Below, one piece after another: positions 30,701 to 39,359 of a stretch of DNA of 64,000 bases. Made by a program: the position numbers and the translations under genes. Every line of letters begins with the position of its first letter. Position 1 is the first letter of the stretch. The stretch is from Nitrososphaeraceae archaeon (GTDB lineage: Archaea; Thermoproteota; Nitrososphaeria; Nitrososphaerales; Nitrososphaeraceae): positions 1-64,000 of the forward strand of contig DATGZA010000091.1 in the NCBI GenBank assembly GCA_035297365.1, read 5' to 3'. The notes below the pieces were generated by a model that saw nothing but the letters and a program-made list of their open reading frames with translations, made no database searches and was not told the origin of the DNA.

Positions 30701-30910
30701 TTGACTACAACTCCCTCAAAATTAAAATTTAGACTAAACTACAAACCCATAAATTACGATCTTAAAACCGGAATGTTCGAGGTGAATTCTGAAAAATATT
30801 CTAGATATGAAGAAGCACGGGCTAATCATTGGCGCTGTGATAAATGCGGAAACAGATTTTCAACTTTTAAGAAACTACGCCAACATAAAAAAGAAATTCA
30901 TGCCTATTGA
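30701..30910 (+). CDS. small C2H2 zinc-finger protein
   Basis: CDKCGNRFSTFKKLRQHKKEIHAY = C-x2-C-x12-H-x4-H. Confidence 0.8.
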   Translation: MTTTPSKLKFRLNYKPINYDLKTGMFEVNSEKYSRYEEARANHWRCDKCGNRFSTFKKLRQHKKEIHAY

Positions 30911-31011
30911 CTGTTCTTTATATTTATTTTGACGACTCTTTTGCCTTTTTCCTGCTTAATTTGTGAAATTTTATATCAATATTTTTATTGTGGTCCATTT
31001 ACTCAATAAGC

Positions 31012-31149
31012 ATGGAAGGATATTGCGTTAAATGTAAATCAAAGAGAGAAATGCTGAATGAAAAGAAAGTAACCATGAAAAATGGTAGACCAGCAACACA
31101 GGGAACTTGTAGCGTTTGTGGAACAAAGATGTTCAAGATTGGTAAATAA
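31012..31149 (+). CDS. 45-aa basic zinc-ribbon microprotein, DUF5679-like (not in ORF track)
   Basis: MEGYCVKCKSKREMLNEKKVTMKNGRPATQGTCSVCGTKMFKIGK*. Confidence 0.85.
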   Translation: MEGYCVKCKSKREMLNEKKVTMKNGRPATQGTCSVCGTKMFKIGK

Positions 31150-31361
31150 ATTTAAAAATAAAACATTATAGCAAAATAATGTTTTATATTTACTTTTTTT
31201 AGATTATAATTTAAATTATCTTTATGATGAAAAATTATTTGAACATTCAATTTTAAAAATTATAAATAATTTTTTTTACTTATCTATTTCCTAAAATAAT
31301 AGTAGAAAGTTATAAGAGAATTATTATTAATTTAAATATAGTTCTGTGAGGATGATATTGT

Positions 31362-32897
31362 ATGAATTTTTTAGTCGTCTTCTTTTTTTTGACAATCTTT
31401 GTGGGATTGTATATCGGTGCTCCTATAGATGAAATACAATTTGTTTATTCACAACAAATCAATGAAGATAATCCTGGAGATTCCTTTGATAGACCAGTAT
31501 CAGTTAAAATTACATCTCACTCGGACGGGGAGAAAGTACCTGTTGGAAAGTTGACTATTTCAGGGATATCAAGTGACGACTCGGACAGAAATTGTTTAGT
31601 ATATGTAGATTGGAATAACAAGAAACCCTTTCAGCAAGTTCGAGCCTCTGGTCCTGGCGGAGTAGATGATTTTTCTGAATGGTTTTTTACTTATGATTCA
31701 AATTATCACCAAATAATGGAAGGAAACAATGATCTTACCTCCAAGATAATGTGTGTAGATGATAATGCTCAGTCCGGAACAAAATGGTACTCAATAAATT
31801 TGATAGGAATTCCGAACCCTTCTATGGTTGAATCCCTCCCAAGGAATAACACTGTGAAAATGCCAGATCAACCCTTTCAAAATATTATTCCGGGTTTTAA
31901 CCCTAATCCTGAAAACATAACAGGACAAAACAATTTACCAAATCCAAATCTTCCATCAGTCAAAGCAGGTTTACAACCCTATCAGAATTCAGATGGAAAT
32001 GATTCTATATATAAAGAAAATAGTGAAATCGAATCAATATCTCAAAACAATACTTCTATTCTAGAAACAAATATGACGAATTTCCAGAATATTCAAAACA
32101 ACTTCAAAAATGTAAATAATGATTCTGGGATTACTATGATTGATCCCACTAATGACCAAATAACTGTTGAGGAAAATTTAAATAATTCCTCCATAAATAC
32201 AACTAATCTCAATACTCCATCTATTGTAAAAAACACAAAGAGGGATAATAATTTGAATTTAACTTCTGAAAAAAGAACAAATGAAGTGTTATCTGACAAA
32301 TTCAACGTAATCCTTTCTTTACCTGATAACATTGTTTTAGGTAATGCATATACCTTAGAAATTTCAGTAATTAATGATGGTTCCTTGCCGATACACGATG
32401 CTATAATATCTGGTGAGATATCTAACATTGATAGCGTAACATATGACAAAATAAAATTTTTTGGGAAGACAGATATCGACGGTTCCTACAAATTTCCATT
32501 AGAGATTAACGAACTTTTTCCAATAGGAGAATATAGTATTAAAGTTTTAGCTACAAAACTTGGATCTCCAGACAGTATTGTTTCTAAATCGTTTACAGTA
32601 TCCGATAATATTATATCATCTAATAGTCAAGACATACCTATAGGAGGTAACGCTACAAATAAAGTTAAAAGTAATACTTCTATCGATTCTTTGCAACAAT
32701 CATATGAAATTCTTAATGATCAGGATAAAATCGATTCATTAAATAATTCTAGTGCAACTCTACCGTTTAAGTCGGGGAATTCTCCATCGATGGACAATTT
32801 CAAACATCCACCAACTTTTGAACAGCCACAAGAAGCCCAGAATCCCTCTTCATCTGTTGAAACACCTTCGTTTAGTTTACCATCACTTTTTCCTTGA
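31362..32897 (+). CDS. secreted/surface protein with Ig-like domains and Asn-rich linkers
   Basis: signal peptide; N-terminal 'VKITSHSDG...ISGISSD...W' Ig-like domain; many N-x-S/T sequons; Pro/Ser tail. Confidence 0.7.
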   Translation: MNFLVVFFFLTIFVGLYIGAPIDEIQFVYSQQINEDNPGDSFDRPVSVKITSHSDGEKVPVGKLTISGISSDDSDRNCLVYVDWNNKKPFQQVRASGPGGVDDFSEWFFTYDSNYHQIMEGNNDLTSKIMCVDDNAQSGTKWYSINLIGIPNPSMVESLPRNNTVKMPDQPFQNIIPGFNPNPENITGQNNLPNPNLPSVKAGLQPYQNSDGNDSIYKENSEIESISQNNTSILETNMTNFQNIQNNFKNVNNDSGITMIDPTNDQITVEENLNNSSINTTNLNTPSIVKNTKRDNNLNLTSEKRTNEVLSDKFNVILSLPDNIVLGNAYTLEISVINDGSLPIHDAIISGEISNIDSVTYDKIKFFGKTDIDGSYKFPLEINELFPIGEYSIKVLATKLGSPDSIVSKSFTVSDNIISSNSQDIPIGGNATNKVKSNTSIDSLQQSYEILNDQDKIDSLNNSSATLPFKSGNSPSMDNFKHPPTFEQPQEAQNPSSSVETPSFSLPSLFP

Positions 32898-33193
32898 GTC
32901 TTTAATATAATAACAAATATTTTTAATATTTTAAATGAAATTCTACAATCATGACTATTAAATGACCTTGTCTTGATTTAGAATTGTTACATCTTATCGG
33001 CAGTAAAATTTCACAATTCTACGATAGAACCGTTTCTAAAGGCTTGATCAAATCCAATAAAACGTATGTAAAATCTGAAGAGGTATCGTTCATACAAAAA
33101 ATAAATAAATGATACAAAAAAATATCTTTTATAAACGAGGTTTCTAAAAAAGAAAAAAAGTAATAATAATTATGCATTTATGGCAGGTTCATT

Positions 33194-33673
33194 TTATTCT
33201 CTCGTAAATTTTTCAATTATTTTTTTATGTTCTGGAAATAAAGAAAATAGTTTATCCCTCTCTCCTAACTCATAGTAATCAAATTCAAATCCTGGAATGA
33301 CTGTACATCCTACAAGTGAATATGACAATTTGTTATTTACTTGTGCTGCTAGCCAATTATGGCTCTCTATCACAATCTCAAAATTCTCTTTTTTCTTATA
33401 ATTATTTCCTAAGACTTTTCTAGTTAACCTAGAATTTCTTTCATTAATGATAAATAAGGTTAAAGTACTACCATAATAAAAATGCCATATCTCATCAGCA
33501 TCTATCTTATGAAAAGAAGAAAAATCATTACCATCTAGTAGGTAATATATGGATGTTACAAGTGCCCTGTTATTTCTATTTCTTGGGGATCTATAGATTT
33601 CTCTGAAGTATCCTCCTTCGGGATGTTTTGAAAGGCCTAATTCATTAATCCAATATGAAGATTTCAATATCAT
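33194..33673 (-). CDS. cupin domain protein (DUF985/Cupin_5)
   Basis: HPEGGYFRE, TSIYYLL, SSFH, DEIWHFY.G, LVGCTVIPGFEF. Confidence 0.92.
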   Translation of the reverse strand: MILKSSYWINELGLSKHPEGGYFREIYRSPRNRNNRALVTSIYYLLDGNDFSSFHKIDADEIWHFYYGSTLTLFIINERNSRLTRKVLGNNYKKKENFEIVIESHNWLAAQVNNKLSYSLVGCTVIPGFEFDYYELGERDKLFSLFPEHKKIIEKFTRE

Positions 33674-33959
33674 CTTGGTTAATGAAATTTCCTGGTCGAG
33701 ATATTAATATTGTCACTGAATTTTTTTTCAAATATAGCAAATATTAATTTCAGTTCATTTGTTATTTAAAATTAGATTCAGATCCATTAATATTAAAATT
33801 CCTTCAGATTAGAGGTTTGGAATTTTGGTTATTTAGGAATACGATAGAAAAAAATCATATATTTTTTTTTATTTAAATCTTATATCCAAATCGACTCGTC
33901 AAGTTTATTATTGGAATATTAGATGATAGGCATATTGAACTTTTAATCCATCACATTAT

Positions 33960-35108
33960 ATGCATATTTCTGAAATTTTTTACATGACGTATTATTGGTC
34001 GTATTCCTTATTGTTGGTTGCTATTATGGTTTCGATAATAGGATTAGGCAATATTGGCTCGGCTATACCACCAGTCGGAGCACAAAATAATGAGGAAGGA
34101 AATCCCGTTTATCCTCACCCTGTTCTTCACAAGATTGAGATGTCTGTGCAGAAAATTGAGAAACCGGGTGATGATTTGTTTGGTTATCAGCTTGATAAAC
34201 ATGAAATGTTCGATCCAAAAACTGGTGTATTTTTGAATGATATTACAGATCGATATACAAAAGGACCCACCATCCCTGGACCAACATTAATTTTTGAAGA
34301 AGGTGATTCTGTTGAATTAACTTTAACTAATCCTGGTAAGTCAATGAACGGAATATGTAACACTAATCCATCACCAGAGAATACAGGTGCACTTGGTAGG
34401 GTAAGTATTCACGTGCATGGAATTCATTATTCTATAGCAAGTGATGGCACTTTAGGAATTCTTAATGGCTTAAGAGACGAAGGTGTTTGCCCCGGAGAAT
34501 CAATAACATATCATTACACCGCTGGTCCCGGAACAGCTGGTACATGGCCTTATCATGATCATGCACTTGGTCTAAATCCTGCAGGAATTTATATTGATGG
34601 TTCTGAAACATTAGGATTGTTTGGTAATCTTGTAATTGAGAGCCATACTGGAAAAACTGTGGCCTTGGTTAACGGAGTACCAACTAAGGTGAACATAGCC
34701 GATATTGCTAAAGATGTCTTCTGCTATGTTACCGATGATGCTTTTTGGTGTGACGAAATAGATTACAAGAATAACGCCATTCGAACAGCATTATGGGAAA
34801 ATCCAACTATCGGTGCTAAAGATGGTGACTTGATAAGATTCCATTTATATGGAATGGGTACTGATTTTCATATCTTTTCATTAACAGGGTATGAATGGCT
34901 TGAGCCTGGAACAGCGCAGATAATCAAAGATAAAAAATTCGGACCTCTCGAAAACCATGTTTTCACTATTCAGGCCAAAAATGGTATTGCTGAATATAGG
35001 GACACTATAACATCCCATCTTCTATCGGGAATGAAAGGATCGTTTAAGGTAGATAGTGTTGGAAAAAGTGTTGCTGGAAAATCACCATTGCAAGGAGTTG
35101 TAAATTAA
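33960..35108 (+). CDS. secreted two-domain multicopper-oxidase-like protein; domain-1 His ligands intact, domain-2 ligands degenerate
   Basis: signal/TM, TIPGPTL, SIHVHG (34410), GTWPYHDH (34554), GLFG; domain 2 reads FHIFSLTG and YRDTITSH...GM. Confidence 0.8.
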   Translation: MHISEIFYMTYYWSYSLLLVAIMVSIIGLGNIGSAIPPVGAQNNEEGNPVYPHPVLHKIEMSVQKIEKPGDDLFGYQLDKHEMFDPKTGVFLNDITDRYTKGPTIPGPTLIFEEGDSVELTLTNPGKSMNGICNTNPSPENTGALGRVSIHVHGIHYSIASDGTLGILNGLRDEGVCPGESITYHYTAGPGTAGTWPYHDHALGLNPAGIYIDGSETLGLFGNLVIESHTGKTVALVNGVPTKVNIADIAKDVFCYVTDDAFWCDEIDYKNNAIRTALWENPTIGAKDGDLIRFHLYGMGTDFHIFSLTGYEWLEPGTAQIIKDKKFGPLENHVFTIQAKNGIAEYRDTITSHLLSGMKGSFKVDSVGKSVAGKSPLQGVVN

Positions 35109-35110
35109 AG

Positions 35111-38100
35111 ATGAACAAATTAAAAAATAATATCATCATGATTTTATTTGCAGTGATACTGCTGTCCTCTACATTAACAATTGGGACACAAAATAATGTA
35201 AACAAACTTGACATAATGGATGGAAAAGGAAATACGGGTCAAATAAAAATTGGTGGGACACATCCTATAATACAGATTGCTGAAGCAACTAGCGAAGAAA
35301 AGATGAAAGACGAGATGGGATACCATGTTCCTTTCAAGAACACAAACCAAGATTCTGAAATAAAATACTATGATGATAAAAAATCATTTCAGGATAATAT
35401 TGAATCTAATTCTGAAAATGTCATAATTCATGAGGTAACTATCGAATCAAAGGAACTGCCAAACGGACAATATGGTTACATTATGAAAAAACATTTAGTC
35501 AGGGACGAAGACTCAGTGACTGATTTAACATCTAGGTATCCTGATTTTCCTACCATCCCTGGTCCTACATTAGAAATTCACGAAGGGGATTTGCTGATCC
35601 TCACTTCGATAGATCAGAACGGGTCCCAAAAAGTACAGCAAATAAAAGCAAAATCACCTGGAACTTTCGAGTATTATGGTGAGAATTTTAGAACTTTAGG
35701 ATTATTTGGTGCTATAATTGTTGATCCATATGATAAAGTTCCAGCACAGTTAAACGGCAAAATTGTATCAGTTGATCTAAGAGATCTAGAGAAACAATAT
35801 GTTCTGTTCATGGTGGGTTCTACTTTTTGGGGTCAAGAGATTGATTCCAAGCACAATCAAAAACCGTTATGGACAAATCCTACATTAGGAGCAGATTTGA
35901 ATCAGTTGGTCCGGTTCCATGTGTTAGGGGCCTCACATCAACATACCTTCCACCTTCATGCTCACAGATGGCTGGATCCGGGAACAGCAAACATTATTGA
36001 TACAAAATTGATTTCTCCATATCAGAGTCACTCCTTCATAGTTGAAGCAGGCGACAAAGTAGGAATTGGCAATTGGCAATATCACTGTCATGTATTTGCT
36101 CACATGGAAGCTGGAATGATGGGTACATTTAAGGTAGGGCCTGTTGGGAGTTTCACCAAAAGTATACCTGGTGCGTCTCCACTTGATCCAGGACCAACCG
36201 AACAAGGCAACTTCATAACATTTTCTATAACAGATGATCCAGGAAGATACTTCAAGAACATAGGCGGAGAAATAAAAATAAAAGACGAAAAAGGAGAACT
36301 TGTAGCATTAAAAGATACAACAGAATCATTTGGAGTAGTAGAGAAAGGGGGAACTGTACACTTTATAATGGACGATACTAATGCTGTACATACTATTACC
36401 AGTCTTTTATGGCCGTCAGAAGCAAACAATATGCCTATGCAAACTATAAGCAGTCATATCGGGAAAGTAAGTTCTAACCAGAAGATCAACCAGATATCAT
36501 TACCTCCACACATGCCATTCGATCAAATTACTGCATATTCTGGAGGTGGCATAGTAAAACTTGAAACGCCTGGATTGTATGTTTTTACTTGCAAAATACA
36601 TCCGTATATGTTTGCAGGAGTAATAGCAGATGACCCTGAAACGACTGGTTTTGATTTAGGAGATGAGCTTGAATTAAGCACGGGAGATAAACTAGCCTCT
36701 AGTAATGACCTCTCTTTAGCATTATTAAGGACATTCTTCATTGCGAATAATCCCTCTAACTGGAAGGATTATAGTACAAATAGTGCTTCAGACTTGAAGG
36801 ATTCTAGTGTTGCCAATTCAGAATGGACACCTAAATTTCCTCATATTCCAGTAAAAACGGACCAAAAGGAAGTATTCTATCTTGATGAAGGGCTTATTAC
36901 TTCGATGAAAGAAACAACTACTCTCGGAAATATACAAGAACAAATTACCCCACTAGAGACAATTCAAAATCCGTCTATCCCAGGAGTTGGTGAAGTATGG
37001 ATAGATACAGAATTTGAAGAAACAGCTAACAAGACAAAACCAGGAACAGCAACCAAGGTGAATGTCGAGAATTGGAAGGTAGAAAGAAAGGTTTCATTGC
37101 CTCAAATCAATATGAATCATCCACATAATATGTGGAGTGACTCCAATCAACAAGTGATGTATCAAACTCAATGGTTTGATAATCGATTGACTGCATTTGA
37201 CAGGAATACTGGGACACTACTTGATGATATCAAGGTTGGGGATGCACCGTCACATGTTATGACAAATCCGACAAATGACCGACTCTATGTTGTGTTAAGC
37301 GGTGAACAGGGAGTCGCAGAAGTTGATTTTGACAAGCAAAATAATAAATTCAATATATTGAGAATAATACCCATGCAAGATTCTGGTCAACTCCCAACAC
37401 ATCCTCACGGACATTGGATTACTCCAAATGGAGAGAAGATGATTACTCCAAATCATTTCACGAATGATGCAACTATCTTTGATTTCACCGAAAATCAAGG
37501 AAAAGGGGGAATTCAATCCAGAGTAAACACAGGCATGATGCCAATTGCAACTGGCATGATGCCAGACGGAAAGCAAGCTTACGTGTCTAATTTGCTTTCT
37601 AGTACAGTTGATCTTGTAGATATAGAATCTGGTGAGGTAATCAAGACTATAAATCTTGCAGAATCAGGTGATTTCTGGCCAATTCAAACCCCAGTTAGTC
37701 CAAACGGTCAATACGTAGTTACAGCAAATACATTGTCAGGAACTATAGCAGTAATAGATACAGATGCAGATGGCAATGGTATTTACGATGATCCCGAGTT
37801 AGTAACCAGCCTGCCATGTGATCCAGGATGTCACGGGGTTAACTTTGGTGCAAAGAATGGAGTCGACACTAACAGAACGAGCGAAGATGACGGATACTAT
37901 GCATATGTTTCTAGCAAATTCTCGAATAGAATGATAGTCGTAGACGCAGATCCTAACAATGATGGTAATGTAACAGACGCAAAAATCGCTGGTTCCGTAT
38001 TATTAACTGGAAATTATTCAAGTACTGGAACGCCAGAATTTGAAGCCGATGACGAAATCGTAAAATTTGATGGTATGGGTGGACAAGGGGTATATGCAGT

Positions 38101-38632
38101 TCCAAATGTATACCCAGGATGGGTAGAAAAATTAGATTCAACATTTGATAACCAATTAGCAGATTTGCAGAGAGATCCGATAGGAACATTCAAAGATTTT
38201 CATACCCTACCTATTTCGACCTTAACCAATAGCTCAAAAGATGTAGTAAGCCAAGAATCATTGCAGTCTCAATACAACGAGGATAGAGAAATCATGTTGA
38301 AACAACAAGAAATAGAGAAACAACTACAACAACAACAAGAACAACAAAAAGATACTAGAATATTGAATTCTGGTAATGCAATAATGCAACAAAAACAAGG
38401 ACATCCTGTACAACAACAACTACAACAACAACTACAACAACAACTACAACAACAACTACAACAACAACTACAACAACAACAACTACAACAACAACTACAA
38501 CAACAACAACAACTACAACAACAAGAATCAAAATCTCCGGCCATAATTAAATCTCATTCTAAGATAGACTCTAGCCTAAACATCCTTCAACCTAACAACA
38601 TCTTGGGAATGATACCAATTCCTTATCCATAA
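35111..38632 (+). CDS. secreted multidomain copper protein: MCO-like domains + cupredoxin + YVTN-like beta-propeller + polyQ tail
   Basis: HTFHLHAH (35942), WQYHCHVFAHMEAGM (36083), HTITS...CKIHPYM (36389-36610), propeller blades with HPHN/PSH/HPHGH/CHG, QQQL repeats. Confidence 0.8.
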   Translation: MNKLKNNIIMILFAVILLSSTLTIGTQNNVNKLDIMDGKGNTGQIKIGGTHPIIQIAEATSEEKMKDEMGYHVPFKNTNQDSEIKYYDDKKSFQDNIESNSENVIIHEVTIESKELPNGQYGYIMKKHLVRDEDSVTDLTSRYPDFPTIPGPTLEIHEGDLLILTSIDQNGSQKVQQIKAKSPGTFEYYGENFRTLGLFGAIIVDPYDKVPAQLNGKIVSVDLRDLEKQYVLFMVGSTFWGQEIDSKHNQKPLWTNPTLGADLNQLVRFHVLGASHQHTFHLHAHRWLDPGTANIIDTKLISPYQSHSFIVEAGDKVGIGNWQYHCHVFAHMEAGMMGTFKVGPVGSFTKSIPGASPLDPGPTEQGNFITFSITDDPGRYFKNIGGEIKIKDEKGELVALKDTTESFGVVEKGGTVHFIMDDTNAVHTITSLLWPSEANNMPMQTISSHIGKVSSNQKINQISLPPHMPFDQITAYSGGGIVKLETPGLYVFTCKIHPYMFAGVIADDPETTGFDLGDELELSTGDKLASSNDLSLALLRTFFIANNPSNWKDYSTNSASDLKDSSVANSEWTPKFPHIPVKTDQKEVFYLDEGLITSMKETTTLGNIQEQITPLETIQNPSIPGVGEVWIDTEFEETANKTKPGTATKVNVENWKVERKVSLPQINMNHPHNMWSDSNQQVMYQTQWFDNRLTAFDRNTGTLLDDIKVGDAPSHVMTNPTNDRLYVVLSGEQGVAEVDFDKQNNKFNILRIIPMQDSGQLPTHPHGHWITPNGEKMITPNHFTNDATIFDFTENQGKGGIQSRVNTGMMPIATGMMPDGKQAYVSNLLSSTVDLVDIESGEVIKTINLAESGDFWPIQTPVSPNGQYVVTANTLSGTIAVIDTDADGNGIYDDPELVTSLPCDPGCHGVNFGAKNGVDTNRTSEDDGYYAYVSSKFSNRMIVVDADPNNDGNVTDAKIAGSVLLTGNYSSTGTPEFEADDEIVKFDGMGGQGVYAVPNVYPGWVEKLDSTFDNQLADLQRDPIGTFKDFHTLPISTLTNSSKDVVSQESLQSQYNEDREIMLKQQEIEKQLQQQQEQQKDTRILNSGNAIMQQKQGHPVQQQLQQQLQQQLQQQLQQQLQQQQLQQQLQQQQQLQQQESKSPAIIKSHSKIDSSLNILQPNNILGMIPIPYP
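38411..38524 (+). repeat. coding CAA/CTA microsatellite (CAACAACAACTA)n encoding (QQQL)n
   Basis: about 114 bp made only of CAA and CTA codons. Confidence 0.95.
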
Positions 38633-39359
38633 TTTTCTTATTTTTCATTTAATTTTATAAAATTAAGCGTAAAATATATTTTCAAATATAAGTAAAGAAT
38701 TCTTTTATTTGTATTTGTTTAATGTTGTTATCCATAATATTGAGTATAACATAATCTAGAATAAATTTCATTTTAGGAACATCATCGATTTCGTCAATTA
38801 CTATCTCTTTAAAATTGGCTTTTAATTTCTTATTTGGTGGATCATTTAGAAAAGCATTCATATTAACTTTGTTTAAAAACTGTGCATATTATTTCTCATG
38901 TTTGAAATTTACTTGAGCATCGGATTGGAAAAGATGAATATACATTTTTTTAATTCTATTTTTTTCCACAGAATTTAACTATTCATTTTTGTACTAAAAT
39001 TGCAAGGATCTTGCCACCTGGAATAAGGCATTTTTTTTGATTTTAAAAATTTTATCGTATACCTTATGTGGTAAAGTTCCGTACTGATCAGATGCTAATA
39101 GATTGTTTAAATCGTTAATTAATTTGTATTCATCATTTATCCAATCAAATTCAAAAAATGAACGAATATATTTTACTTTCATTTCTGAAAACGGTACAAT
39201 ACTTCTTCTCTTTGTAAATAAACTTTGGAGATTATTGTCTTTTCTTAAACTGTTTCTATCCTTAAAATTGTTGTATGATTTCGACTTGGTTTGTTAATAT
39301 AACTTATTCTTCTTCTTTTAATTTCAATATAGTGGCGAGACTTTTTATATTACAAATAT

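Noticed and set aside
38269-38544. 91-aa poly-Cys ORF on the minus strand (metallothionein-like look)
   Set aside because: It is the antisense reading (TGT/TGC/AGT) of the CAA/CTA polyQ microsatellite in the real plus-strand gene.
33960-38632. Calling the copper proteins NirK or NosZ
   Set aside because: NirK has its T1 site in domain 1, whereas here the T1 motif is in domain 2 with SLAC-like HxH motifs. There is no binuclear CuA motif as required for NosZ.
38640-39350. Short ORFs between the copper protein and NHL genes
   Set aside because: No recognisable motif, and overlapping ORFs on both strands; possibly a gene remnant but not supportable.
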